From Candidatus Kerfeldbacteria bacterium (GTDB lineage Bacteria > Patescibacteriota > Patescibacteriia > SBBC01 > CAIJZX01): a DNA stretch of 64,000 nucleotides. The DNA is taken from NCBI GenBank assembly GCA_963731735.1, contig CAVSWO010000002.1:64529-128528 (forward strand), given 5' to 3'. Made by a program: the position numbers and the translations under genes. Under the pieces are notes generated by a model. The model was not told the origin of the DNA. It saw only the letters and a program-made list of their open reading frames with translations, and did no database searches. Positions 1 to 8,917 of this stretch are shown piece by piece (positions within the stretch are counted from its first letter, which is position 1; each line of letters starts with the position of its first letter).

Positions 1-139
1 ACCGTTTGGCCGATCGCGTGCAGGCTATCGTGAACAAGAGTTCGAGTCATGCAGATACAATACTAACCGGTTTATTATACCATATCGGCCGGGTTTACCC
101 AACCGGCAAACTTCGACCGTGCTAACGCGTTTGGATTCC

Positions 140-2860
140 TCAGGCCGTTCGCGGACGGCGAATCACCCCGAACCAGCCGCTCCGAATAATCCACTTCCGC
201 AACTCCTCTACCACCACGACCGGGATACCGGCCGATATGGCGATGAGCCATTCCACCGGCGTCAGCGGGGCGACCTGGAATAATTGGGCCAGCAGCGGGA
301 CATATAAAATCGCCACGTGCATGATCACCACGGTCGCCAGGGCGCCCACCATCGCCCGGCTGACTGGCAAAGCGAACATGCTCCGCCGCGACGAGCGCGA
401 GGTGAAGGCGGTAAACCACTGGGCTAACGCGATCGCGGTCAGCGTCAGGGCATAAACATGAGTCTCCGTGCGGCCGGAGGCCTGGGCGTACAGAAAGACC
501 GCAAAGCCGCTGAGACCGACGGTCATAGCGGTAATGATAATCCGGATCCAAACGGTTTGGCGGATAATTGGCGCCTGCGGATCTTGGGGCTGTTCCTGCA
601 TAACCGTGGGGCTCTGCGGTTCCCGCGCCAGGGCGATCCCGAGGAACGGATCGGTAATCGCGTTCAGCCAAATAATTTGGGTGGGCAGCAACGGCACGGG
701 TAAGCCACCCAGCATAGCGCCACCGATTAATATCAACTCGCCAAAATTCGAAGCCAGCAGATAGTACATGACGCGGCGGATATTTCGAAAAATCCGCCGA
801 CCCTCAGCGATAGCCGTGGTGATGACCGCGTAATTCCCGTCGACCAGCACTACATCGGCCGCCTCCTTGGCCGCGTCGCTGCTGTCGCGTCCAACCGCGA
901 TCCCAACATCGGCCGTGGTCAAGGCCGGAACATCATTTATCCCGTCGCCGGTCATGGCCACGATTTCCCCGGTTTGCTTGAGGGCGGTGGCAATGCGTAA
1001 TTTATGTTCAGGCGTCAGCCGCGTTCCAACCCGCACGCGTGGCAATCGTTTCCGGAGTTGCTCATCATCCATGCCGTCCACCTCGGCGCCGTCTAACAGG
1101 GCTTCCGGTCCGGCCCCCTTGAGCAAATCAATGCGTTCCGCCACCGCCCGGCCGGTTTGCAAAAAATCTCCGGTCAGCATAATCGTCCGAATGCCGGCTT
1201 GCCGCATGATTTGAATTGTTTGTTTGGCTTCCGGCCGGAGGGCGTCTTGAATCCCGACCAAACCGACGAAGGTAAACTGGCCGGCCAGCGCCTCCATACT
1301 CTGGAAGGTGTCTTGACTGCCGCGTCGAATATACGCAATCGCCAAGCCGCGCAAGGCTTCCCCGGCCCAGCGTTCATAGGTTTCCATTACCGCCGCCCGA
1401 TCAGCGTCGCCCAACGGTAAATATCCGCCGCCGTGCCAACGTTGACTGCAAACGGCCAAAATTGCTTGCGGCGCGCCTTTAATAATCACGAGCCGCTGGT
1501 CATGTTCATCCTGGTGCCAGGTGACCATGTATTTCTTTTTGTAATCAAACGGGAATTCGCCCAATCGCGGGTGGGTGGCTTCCAGTTCAGCCTTTTGCCA
1601 GCCGGATTTTTCGGCCGCCACCACCAGGGCCAGTTCGGTCGGGTCGCCAATCGGAATCCGTTCATCGTGCTGACCAGTAGTGAAGCGGGCGTCATTATTT
1701 AACGCGCCCAAACGCAGCAACAAACTTAATCCGGGCTGTTCGCGCGGCGAAATTTTCTTGTCATCCAAAAAGACATCGCCTTCCGGACGATAGCCTTCGC
1801 CGGTCAGGTGAAAACTTCGGCCGTCAACCCAAGCCTTCTCCAGCATCATTTGCCCATAGGTCAGGGTGCCGGTTTTATCGGTCGCCACCACCGTCACCGC
1901 GCCCAAGGTCTCAACCGCCACCAGTTTGCGGACAATCGCATGCCGCTTGGCCATCGCCCACATGCCATAGGCCATGGCGATAGTCATCACCACCGGTAAC
2001 CCTTCCGGAATAATCGAAACAATCAAACTGACGGCCAGCAGGAACATGGCTTCAAACGGAAAATCACGGGCAATCCCGACCAAAAAGACAGCTAAGCCCA
2101 TGATCAGCACCGCGATGGCCAGGCGCCGGGAAAAACTGGCTAACTTTTTTTGGAACGGGGTTTCGCCGTCGCTGACTGACTGGAGCGAGACGACAATCGA
2201 ACCAAAGCGCGTCCGGCCGCCGGTGGCGGTCACCAGCAGGCGTCCGCGGCCGGCCACCACAATCGTGCCGCGCCAGCCCATATTGCGTTGGTCCTGAATC
2301 GGCGTGTGGGCCGCTTGGGCATCAATCGTCTTATTGACCGGCGCCGACTCACCCGTCAAACTGGCCTCATTCAAACGAAGGTTCAGCGTTTCAACCCAGC
2401 GTCCATCGGCCGGCACCTGATCGCCGGTCGCCAGGGTCACAATGTCGCCGACCACCACCGCTTCAATCGGAATTCGATGTTCTTGGCCGCCGCGAAAGAC
2501 GTTGACATCCTGCGGCGAGAGACGCAGCAGGGCCGACATAGCTGAAGTCGCCTGGCGTTCCTGCCGATAGCCGATGATCGCGTTCAAGATCACCACCCCG
2601 AAAATGACGGCCGCGTCGCGCCAGGCCTGGACCAGCAGCGAGATCAAGCCGGCCACCACCAGGATATAAATCAGCGCGCTCCGGAACTGATCAAAAAACA
2701 CCTGAACCGGGTTGCGGGTATGCGGTGGCGGCAAGGCGTTGCTGCCAAAGGTTTGCCGAGCCGTCTCAACCTGATCCGGAGCCAAGCCTTCCAGCGTGGT
2801 ATGGAGTTCCTGGAGCGTGGCCTCAACCGTCTGCGCGTGCCAGTTCGTCGTTTCCGCCAT
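140..2860 (-). CDS. Cation-transporting P-type ATPase (P2-type, Ca2+/cation pump-like)
   Basis: 906 aa ORF. DKTGTLT phosphorylation motif, PEGLPVV motif in TM4, TGDGINDVPAL hinge motif, and about 10 predicted TM helices. Confidence 0.85.
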   Translation of the reverse strand: MAETTNWHAQTVEATLQELHTTLEGLAPDQVETARQTFGSNALPPPHTRNPVQVFFDQFRSALIYILVVAGLISLLVQAWRDAAVIFGVVILNAIIGYRQERQATSAMSALLRLSPQDVNVFRGGQEHRIPIEAVVVGDIVTLATGDQVPADGRWVETLNLRLNEASLTGESAPVNKTIDAQAAHTPIQDQRNMGWRGTIVVAGRGRLLVTATGGRTRFGSIVVSLQSVSDGETPFQKKLASFSRRLAIAVLIMGLAVFLVGIARDFPFEAMFLLAVSLIVSIIPEGLPVVMTIAMAYGMWAMAKRHAIVRKLVAVETLGAVTVVATDKTGTLTYGQMMLEKAWVDGRSFHLTGEGYRPEGDVFLDDKKISPREQPGLSLLLRLGALNNDARFTTGQHDERIPIGDPTELALVVAAEKSGWQKAELEATHPRLGEFPFDYKKKYMVTWHQDEHDQRLVIIKGAPQAILAVCSQRWHGGGYLPLGDADRAAVMETYERWAGEALRGLAIAYIRRGSQDTFQSMEALAGQFTFVGLVGIQDALRPEAKQTIQIMRQAGIRTIMLTGDFLQTGRAVAERIDLLKGAGPEALLDGAEVDGMDDEQLRKRLPRVRVGTRLTPEHKLRIATALKQTGEIVAMTGDGINDVPALTTADVGIAVGRDSSDAAKEAADVVLVDGNYAVITTAIAEGRRIFRNIRRVMYYLLASNFGELILIGGAMLGGLPVPLLPTQIIWLNAITDPFLGIALAREPQSPTVMQEQPQDPQAPIIRQTVWIRIIITAMTVGLSGFAVFLYAQASGRTETHVYALTLTAIALAQWFTAFTSRSSRRSMFALPVSRAMVGALATVVIMHVAILYVPLLAQLFQVAPLTPVEWLIAISAGIPVVVVEELRKWIIRSGWFGVIRRPRTA

Positions 2861-2861
2861 A

Positions 2862-4187
2862 TTAGAAAATCGTCCGGATAATAAAGGCGGCGGCCGAAAT
2901 CGACATCACCAAGAAAGTAAACCAGCCAAACCGTCGAACCATGGTCGGGCTGCGGTGAACACCGACCACTTTCGGCGAATCCGACAACCGGATAATGTAC
3001 CAGAGCAAAATCGGCGCCAGCAGTCCATTCAAGACCGCGGCCGCAATCAAAAACTGAATTGAGGTGAAGCCCAGCACGTTTGTCAGTACGCCAAATAAAA
3101 TCGCCAGCAGAATGGTCAGGTAAAACGGTCGGGCCTGCCGATAGGTCTTTTCCATTCCCGCTTTCCATCCAAAGGCCTCGGCAAACGCGAACGACGCCGA
3201 GGTGGCCAGGATCGGCACTCCGATCAATCCGGTTCCGACGATGCCGAGCGCGAACAGGGCGAAGGTAAAATCGCCCGCCAGCGGACGCAGGGCCAGCGCC
3301 GCCTGCTGGGCCGTTTCAATATTCGTGATGCCGGCTCGGTAGAGGGTGGTGGCGGTGGTGATCACGATGAAAAAGAAAATCACGTTCGACAGCGCCATGC
3401 CGGACACCACGTCGCCGCGCATTTCCTTGAGTTCCACCGCGGTCGCGCCTTGCCGCAGTTTCAAATTTTTTCGCCCGGCGTCAATTTCTTCTTCAACTTC
3501 TTGGTTGGATTGCCAGAAAAACATGTAGGGCGCGATGGTCGTACCAAGAATCGCCACAATCATCATCCAGGTATCGCCGCTGGGTTTAAAAATTGGGATC
3601 AGGGTGTGAAAGATCACCTCCGACCAATCCGGCTTGGTTAGGAACGCGGTCAGCACGTAGGCAAACAACGCCAGGATCAGCCACCGCAAGACGCGGACAT
3701 ATTGCTTGTAGGTCGTGAACATTTCCATCACCGCCACGATGATGGCAAAGACCAGCAGCCAAATCACGGTTGAACCGGGCAGCACCAATCGGGTGGCCGC
3801 CGCCATCGCGCTGAGATCAGCCCCGATATTAAACACATTCACGATGAACAGCATCAGGCTCAGCACCACCACGGTCCGCTTGGAAATATGTTTGCGAATA
3901 ATGCTGGCTAAGCCGCGTCCGGTTACCAAGGCTAGCCGAGCCGACATTTCCTGAACCGCGTACATCATCGGCAGGGTCAGCGGCGCCAGCCACAGCAGCG
4001 AGAAACCGAACTTCGCCCCCGACTGCGAATAGGTGGCGATCCCGGACGGATCATCGTCCGATGCCCCGGTGATAATACCCGGACCGAGCTTGGCGAATGG
4101 TTTTTTTATGTTAAACACTCGGTTGATTATACCATATTCCGTCCCTGATATTGACAAGCAGTCACGGACGCGGTTAGATGTCGCCAT
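2862..4187 (-). CDS. mntH: NRAMP-family divalent metal (Mn2+/Fe2+) transporter, MntH-like
   Basis: GPGIITGASDDDPSGIATYSQSGAKFGF matches the NRAMP N-terminal DPGN-type consensus, and the protein is polytopic. The track ORF runs to 4559, but Met125 (4187) gives the usual ~35 aa lead before the GPG motif. The upstream 372 nt overlaps a well-supported plus-strand gene. Confidence 0.7.
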   Translation of the reverse strand: MATSNRVRDCLSISGTEYGIINRVFNIKKPFAKLGPGIITGASDDDPSGIATYSQSGAKFGFSLLWLAPLTLPMMYAVQEMSARLALVTGRGLASIIRKHISKRTVVVLSLMLFIVNVFNIGADLSAMAAATRLVLPGSTVIWLLVFAIIVAVMEMFTTYKQYVRVLRWLILALFAYVLTAFLTKPDWSEVIFHTLIPIFKPSGDTWMMIVAILGTTIAPYMFFWQSNQEVEEEIDAGRKNLKLRQGATAVELKEMRGDVVSGMALSNVIFFFIVITTATTLYRAGITNIETAQQAALALRPLAGDFTFALFALGIVGTGLIGVPILATSASFAFAEAFGWKAGMEKTYRQARPFYLTILLAILFGVLTNVLGFTSIQFLIAAAVLNGLLAPILLWYIIRLSDSPKVVGVHRSPTMVRRFGWFTFLVMSISAAAFIIRTIF

Positions 4188-4232
4188 TGAAGCAATAGCT
4201 GTTCTTTTCTCGCACCCACCAGGAGGTAACGC

Positions 4233-4649
4233 GTGCAACCCCGACTCGTCCGCCGGAGTCCGCGCCCGACCAGTCTTCGTGATGTCTGCTGTGGCCCGAT
4301 TACCCTGACCGGGGTTTTCACCATCCAACCCTTTATTAAGGGATCTGTCCGTAAACCCGCCTTCGAGTTGCGGGTCACCTGTCTGCGGCCGGAGTTCCGC
4401 CGGTATTTCGACAACGCGCTGTCCAACTTCACGGCGGTGCATGGGGGTCGCCTCAATCCCCGACCGTCCAAGGCCGCCCAGGTCGACGCCATCATCCGGC
4501 TCACCCCGGGCTTGATGACTCCCAGCGACGCCTACCAGTTGGTCGTCCTGGCTGGCCACCTGTATCGGTCAATCTACCTGAATCACTGCCTCTGGATTGC
4601 CGCCCAGGCGGTTCTTCACCGGGCGGCACGGAAACGGCGACACAAATAA
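4233..4649 (+). CDS. Hypothetical small basic protein (138 aa), divergent from the NRAMP gene
   Basis: GTG start at 4233 preceded by a perfect SD (AGGAGGT at 4221-4227, 5-nt spacing). The ORF ends 6 nt before a canonical intrinsic terminator (4655-4687). No family recognised. Confidence 0.45.
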   Translation: MQPRLVRRSPRPTSLRDVCCGPITLTGVFTIQPFIKGSVRKPAFELRVTCLRPEFRRYFDNALSNFTAVHGGRLNPRPSKAAQVDAIIRLTPGLMTPSDAYQLVVLAGHLYRSIYLNHCLWIAAQAVLHRAARKRRHK

Positions 4650-4654
4650 ACGTT

Positions 4655-4687
4655 CCCCACCCGATACACCGCGGTGGGGATTTTTTT
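4655..4687 (+). terminator. Rho-independent terminator (CCCCACC-N11-GGTGGGG followed by T7)
   Basis: Perfect 7-bp GC stem followed by TTTTTTT on the plus strand, directly after the 4233..4649 ORF. Confidence 0.7.
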
Positions 4688-4725
4688 GACCAGACTTCCG
4701 TTACCGAGGTGGCCTCGGGATTGGT

Positions 4726-5184
4726 TTAGCCAATCGCCTTTTTTACTAAGGCCACGATTTTCTTTTCTTCCGCCGGCGTGACTTTCGTAATCGCGAAAGC
4801 CACCGGCCACATGTTGCCATCATCCAGTTTTGCATCTTCTTGGAAACCCAGAGTTGAGTAACGATACTTGAACTTACTGGCATATTGGAAAAAGACCACG
4901 ACTTTTCCGTCCCGATTCGCGTAGGCCGGAAATCCGTACCAGGTTTTTGGCACCAGCTTCGGCGCCGTTTTCCGTACTATGGCGTGAACTTTTTTCGCTA
5001 AACTTTTATCCGGTTCCGGCAGCTTCGCGATCGCGGCCAGGACTTGCTTTTCGCCGTTGGCGCTGGCGGCTTCGGCTTTCAATTCAAGCGCGCGCGCTTT
5101 GATCGCCGCGCGTTCGGTCTCATCGAATCCGGTGAATTTTTTCTTTGCATTGGTTTTTTTCATATCTTCAGGGTACGTTTTCAT
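4726..5184 (-). CDS. DUF1801 (YdhG-like) domain protein
   Basis: 152 aa. The central block LPEPDKSLAKKVHAIVRKTAPKLVPKTWYGFPAY...GKVVVFFQ resembles the DUF1801/YdhG pattern. Lys-rich N-terminus. Confidence 0.4.
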   Translation of the reverse strand: MKTYPEDMKKTNAKKKFTGFDETERAAIKARALELKAEAASANGEKQVLAAIAKLPEPDKSLAKKVHAIVRKTAPKLVPKTWYGFPAYANRDGKVVVFFQYASKFKYRYSTLGFQEDAKLDDGNMWPVAFAITKVTPAEEKKIVALVKKAIG

Positions 5185-5289
5185 TGTTCAAGCGTCAAGG
5201 ATCCCGGCAGATGATGCCGGAGATGAATCAATGAATGCCAACTGGCGGATCGACCAGGGCATTATTTCAACTTACAAGAGGCTGCTTCA

Positions 5290-5620
5290 GTCCCCATTGA
5301 CATCGACGTTAATATGCGCTAGGTTGGTCAGGCACTTTTCTTGACTCTCGAGCTCCGTGAACGACCGTACGGGCGGAACCATCGTGAATGCGTGAACAAC
5401 CTCCTAACGTATTCGTGCTTCCTGACTCCAAGGAGGGGCGTCTCCAAAAGGGACGCTGCAGTCCGCGTGGAGTTGGTGGCTGCCGAAAGGTACCCCGTTC
5501 TGTCCTGGAGGAAAAAGGACACACTCAGTCAAATCGGGGGCTGCGGGCTTGAGTCCTGCGCGAACCCCTCGAGAGTCAGTTTCTTGCAGCCCTTCATAAT
5601 TGCGGGGCTGCTTTTTTTAT
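5290..5620 (+). ncRNA. Candidate structured RNA or leader of unknown class, ending in an intrinsic terminator
   Basis: About 500-nt non-coding stretch between two genes with several GC hairpins (GCGTC-N10-GACGC, GGGG-N24-CCCC). It ends in a terminator at 5586-5618. No match recognised to RNase P, tmRNA, SRP or 6S consensus. Confidence 0.2.
5586..5618 (+). terminator. Rho-independent terminator (GCAGCCC-loop-GGGCTGC + T7)
   Basis: 7-bp stem with a 12-nt loop followed by TTTTTTT on the plus strand, inside an intergenic region. Confidence 0.55.
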
Positions 5621-5687
5621 TCTTAAGTGGTGGACCACATCGCCCCTTGTTCCAACTAGGAGTAAAGCTCACGCGATCAGACCGAGG

Positions 5688-5930
5688 TTGAAAACTCCGC
5701 AAGAGGCCGCGACCGACAACTACTACGACCTTCTCTTCGACATGGACGACCAACGCCGCTGGTCGGGGTTGTCCGAAGCCGACGTCGAAGAACTCCGGCA
5801 GATTATGACGGAGATGGATGGGGTCCAAGTTACCCCTGAGGAGGCGTGGGGAACGGCGCGCTCACTTCTTGAGCTGACGAGGAAAATGGTGGAGTGGGAG
5901 GTGAACCAGCCGAGGCAGCGGGCGGCCTAA
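5688..5930 (+). CDS. Hypothetical small acidic protein (80 aa)
   Basis: ORF only. Acidic and helical-looking. Convergent with the protease gene at 5927. Confidence 0.3.
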   Translation: MKTPQEAATDNYYDLLFDMDDQRRWSGLSEADVEELRQIMTEMDGVQVTPEEAWGTARSLLELTRKMVEWEVNQPRQRAA

Positions 5931-6937
5931 CGACTAGGGGTAGGCTGAGGTTGGATCCGTTGCTGTGGAGGCGGGCCGAACATTACCTGTTGAAACTGTT
6001 TGCCCCATGACACCCCATGCGCACTCTCATACAATTTTACGAACGGACTAACACTAAAGAACCCGTTTAGGAGTATGTACGACTCCCAGAGCAGCTCTCG
6101 TAATTTGTCGTCAGCAAGTGCGATGTTGAGGTTGAATTCTGCAAGCTTCTCCATTGGAATAGGTCGGGAGTGCATCAAGTGCTTATCGTAATCGGAGAAG
6201 TATTTTACTGCTCGTCCAATCTTGCGACCATTCCCCGGTGCACCACCATACATGTAGGCCTTTAGCCAAGTGGACACGAGCTTCTTAGACAGCTTCTCGG
6301 AATCATCGCAAAGCTCAAACAAGTCCAGCGAATATTTTTCAATCAGTGGAATGTATGCAGGCAGTGTTTCTGGGCCTTCTTTTGCAATACTCTGTTTTGC
6401 TTTCTCAAAGCCCCGCTTGATTGAGCGAGCCGGAATGCCGTTTATTTGCGGATCGATTGGCCCCAGAGTCGCGCTTGGATGCAATGTAATCGAATTACCT
6501 GATAAGGCGAGCATTGTTGCGGCCGAGTATGCAGAGTGCGGGATGAGGAAGTGGACTTCATCAAATCGGTTACGCAGTAGCCCGACTAGGCGCTCGGTTG
6601 CATCTGGCCGACCGCCTGGGCTGTGGAGCAATACATCAACTGACCGTCCTTCTTTCACTGAATTCACAAGATCAGTGAAGCCATCAACGTCCATAAGATC
6701 AATCGAATTGGGCGCTCCGGGTGGGACACCTTCAAGAAACTTTGTAGCATAAACAAGCAGTGGTCTCCCACGATGCTGTTCTATCTCTTCATAGCATGCG
6801 GTGCGCATGCCAAGCAGATACTGACCTGTTAGGGGTTGTTTGTTCTGTTGAGCTTCAACGATGAAGTCATTCCAGTCTTGCGTCGTCTTAAACTGTTTGC
6901 GCGGTTGTTGAGGAGACTCCATGTTGATCAAATTCAA
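5927..6937 (-). CDS. ClpP/crotonase-fold serine protease of the SDH/S49 type
   Basis: 336 aa. LLHSPGG resembles the ClpP-fold INSPGG motif. A candidate Ser-containing block (SAYSAATMLALSG) follows. Locally lower GC than the flanks. Confidence 0.5.
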   Translation of the reverse strand: MNLINMESPQQPRKQFKTTQDWNDFIVEAQQNKQPLTGQYLLGMRTACYEEIEQHRGRPLLVYATKFLEGVPPGAPNSIDLMDVDGFTDLVNSVKEGRSVDVLLHSPGGRPDATERLVGLLRNRFDEVHFLIPHSAYSAATMLALSGNSITLHPSATLGPIDPQINGIPARSIKRGFEKAKQSIAKEGPETLPAYIPLIEKYSLDLFELCDDSEKLSKKLVSTWLKAYMYGGAPGNGRKIGRAVKYFSDYDKHLMHSRPIPMEKLAEFNLNIALADDKLRELLWESYILLNGFFSVSPFVKLYESAHGVSWGKQFQQVMFGPPPQQRIQPQPTPSR

Positions 6938-7163
6938 AATTCAACGTTGAACCCGTGGCCGACTTGAAAGCCGACTTCTTCCCTAAGGCTACGTCCACGC
7001 GTTCAATAAGATCAGTTGTACGCTTGTAATTCTTGAATGCCTGTAGGGACTTGGCATTGCGCGCCAAAACCTTCTTGGGGAACACCCTAAGGACTATAGA
7101 TTTGCGTTTAGTTACGGGCATAATATGCAGGGACAGTATATCAGATTTAGCGTGACTATTCAA
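6888..7163 (-). CDS. Hypothetical small Lys-rich protein (91 aa)
   Basis: ORF between tRNA-Lys and the protease gene, in AT-richer sequence. Basic composition. No family recognised. Confidence 0.25.
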   Translation of the reverse strand: MNSHAKSDILSLHIMPVTKRKSIVLRVFPKKVLARNAKSLQAFKNYKRTTDLIERVDVALGKKSAFKSATGSTLNFEFDQHGVSSTTAQTV

Positions 7164-7189
7164 GGTGGGTTAACGCTTGCGAAAATCGC

Positions 7190-7264
7190 TGGTGGGCCCC
7201 CTGGGACTCGAACCCAGAACTCACGGCTTAAAAGGCCGTTACTCTACCATTGAGTTAGGAACCC
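7190..7264 (-). tRNA. tRNA-Lys (anticodon UUU)
   Basis: Manual cloverleaf on the reverse complement: acceptor GGGTTCC/GGGGCCC (two G-U pairs), D-arm ACTC-AATGGTA-GAGT, anticodon stem ACGGC/GCCGT with loop CTTTTAA, T-arm CTGGG-TTCGAGT-CCCAG, discriminator A, encoded CCA. 75 nt. Confidence 0.85.
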
Positions 7265-7321
7265 ACGCGCAACGAGGGTACCGAAAAAATTACGTTTCGT
7301 CAATTCGTGGGTTCGAGCTTC

Positions 7322-8917
7322 CTACGAACTATTCTTATTCAGAATATCGTTAATTTGGGCTTGCGTTAGCGGTTGCCATGGTGAGTTACTCGGACTAGCG
7401 GCCGAGGCGGCCGGGCTGTTCCCTTGGGTCCACCATTTGGCCTGATAAGCCACGCCGTCCAGCAACACCCGGTCGCCGGCATTGTAGGTCGCGGTCCCTT
7501 TCCAGGTCGGGTAGGTCCCGGCCGGCAGGGTCGGTTGGGCGATCGGTTTATCACCCGGCAGCACCGGACCGATCAAATCCCACGGCGTTTCCCATGATTG
7601 CAGCACCGGATTATCCGGGACTTCGCCCTGGGTCCACCATTTGGCCTGATAGACATTTTTCTTCCAAACCACTTTCGAGCCCTGGATATAGGTAGCCTCT
7701 TTGCTCCAAATCTGATACGGACTCGAGGCCGGATCATCAACGATGGTTTTCGATTCGTCGTTCATTTCGGGCGTGGTCGAACGGTTGGCGTTATCCGTCA
7801 GGCTGGCCTTAAAATTCTGCCCCAGCGTCTGCATAAACTGTTCCGGATCTTGCGGAACGCCGCTACAGGAATCGGAGACGATCGACACGTTCGGATAGTT
7901 GCTGCCGCAGGCCACGTCGCGATTGGCCGACCACATCGACATCCGGCCGACGCCTTGCCGGACCGCGAAGTCATGCAGGTCTTGGGCGTCGGACAGGGTC
8001 GTCACCTCATCGGCAAAATCGTTCTGTCCGATCATCGGCGTCATTCCGATTTTTGACCACAGAGTGGCGTTGCTCAAGTGAATATTCGCCCGTTCATATA
8101 AAACCCCGAGTTGACGATGGGTATTGGTCAGCGCTTGCTGACCGGCCGCGACCATGGTCTGGCCGTTTAAACTTTGCCCATAATCCATGGTCATCACATT
8201 CACGCCGGCAATGTCGACCTTGGCGTCCAAAAAGGCGGTAACGGCGTTGGTGCCGGCTTCCGTTAACCCCTGCGGCGCGACCGGCAAGGTTAACCAAACC
8301 GCCAGAGGTTTGCCGGCCGCTCGGCGTTTGGTCTGCAATTCGGCCACCACCTCGGCCCGGCGTGTATTGGCTTCCTTGTTTGCTAAGGTATCGCCTTCGA
8401 GGTCGAAATCGATGGTGTCGACGTCATAGCGCGCGATAACTTGACGGTAGGCGTCCGACAACTTGCCGGCGTCCGTACAGCCAACGGCCAATTCCTGGTT
8501 ATCGCGGCCACCGAAGGAAATTGCCACCGCCCCGTCGCGTTGGCGGAGTCGGGCGATTCGCGTATCCAGGCTAAGCGCGGCGTTGGCTTGATCCAAACTA
8601 TAGGCCGCTCCCCAGGCCGGTTGGCAGGCATCCGTTTTCATGGCCACGATAAAAGACAGCATGGCGTTGACGTGCTCGGCGGTGCCCATCCGCTGGAAGG
8701 CAAAGGTCGGGGTGGCCGTTACGTCCACGTATGGCGCAAACCATGGTTTGACTTTACTCGGCGCTTCGGCCAAGCGGGCTTGGCCATAACCCCAGCCGAC
8801 CGGAATCATGACGATCAGCAGTAAAATGCATAATCGCGGAATCGAAAGTTTGCGTTTCCGCGTTGAACGGTCGGTGGCTTTAGGCATGCGATCCTCCTGA
8901 TCCGCCGGTCGCATCAA
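7322..8917 (-). CDS. Secreted GH18 chitinase with two C-terminal CBM5/12 chitin-binding domains
   Basis: DxxDxDxE catalytic motif (DVDTIDFDLE). N-terminal signal/TM anchor. Two repeats containing YQAKWWTQG, typical of CBM5/12. Confidence 0.75.
   Translation of the reverse strand: MMRPADQEDRMPKATDRSTRKRKLSIPRLCILLLIVMIPVGWGYGQARLAEAPSKVKPWFAPYVDVTATPTFAFQRMGTAEHVNAMLSFIVAMKTDACQPAWGAAYSLDQANAALSLDTRIARLRQRDGAVAISFGGRDNQELAVGCTDAGKLSDAYRQVIARYDVDTIDFDLEGDTLANKEANTRRAEVVAELQTKRRAAGKPLAVWLTLPVAPQGLTEAGTNAVTAFLDAKVDIAGVNVMTMDYGQSLNGQTMVAAGQQALTNTHRQLGVLYERANIHLSNATLWSKIGMTPMIGQNDFADEVTTLSDAQDLHDFAVRQGVGRMSMWSANRDVACGSNYPNVSIVSDSCSGVPQDPEQFMQTLGQNFKASLTDNANRSTTPEMNDESKTIVDDPASSPYQIWSKEATYIQGSKVVWKKNVYQAKWWTQGEVPDNPVLQSWETPWDLIGPVLPGDKPIAQPTLPAGTYPTWKGTATYNAGDRVLLDGVAYQAKWWTQGNSPAASAASPSNSPWQPLTQAQINDILNKNSS

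Noticed and set aside
75-671. 198-aa minus-strand ORF and several plus-strand ORFs (237..455, 458..703, 468..764) overlapping the P-type ATPase gene
   Set aside because: They lie within or antisense to a 906-aa ORF with unambiguous P-type ATPase motifs. Their composition is typical of high-GC off-frame read-through.
5341-5691. 116-aa plus-strand ORF in the 5200-5690 intergenic region
   Set aside because: No RBS. It crosses a canonical intrinsic terminator (5586-5618). The region is better explained as non-coding.
7296-7330. GTGGGTTCGAGC motif resembling a tRNA T-loop just beyond the tRNA-Lys 5' end (possible att-site remnant)
   Set aside because: There is no complementary T-stem (the following bases are CTTCC), no acceptor or anticodon arms, and a preceding A6 run. 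It is not similar to the tRNA-Lys 3' half, so there is no support for a duplicated integration site.
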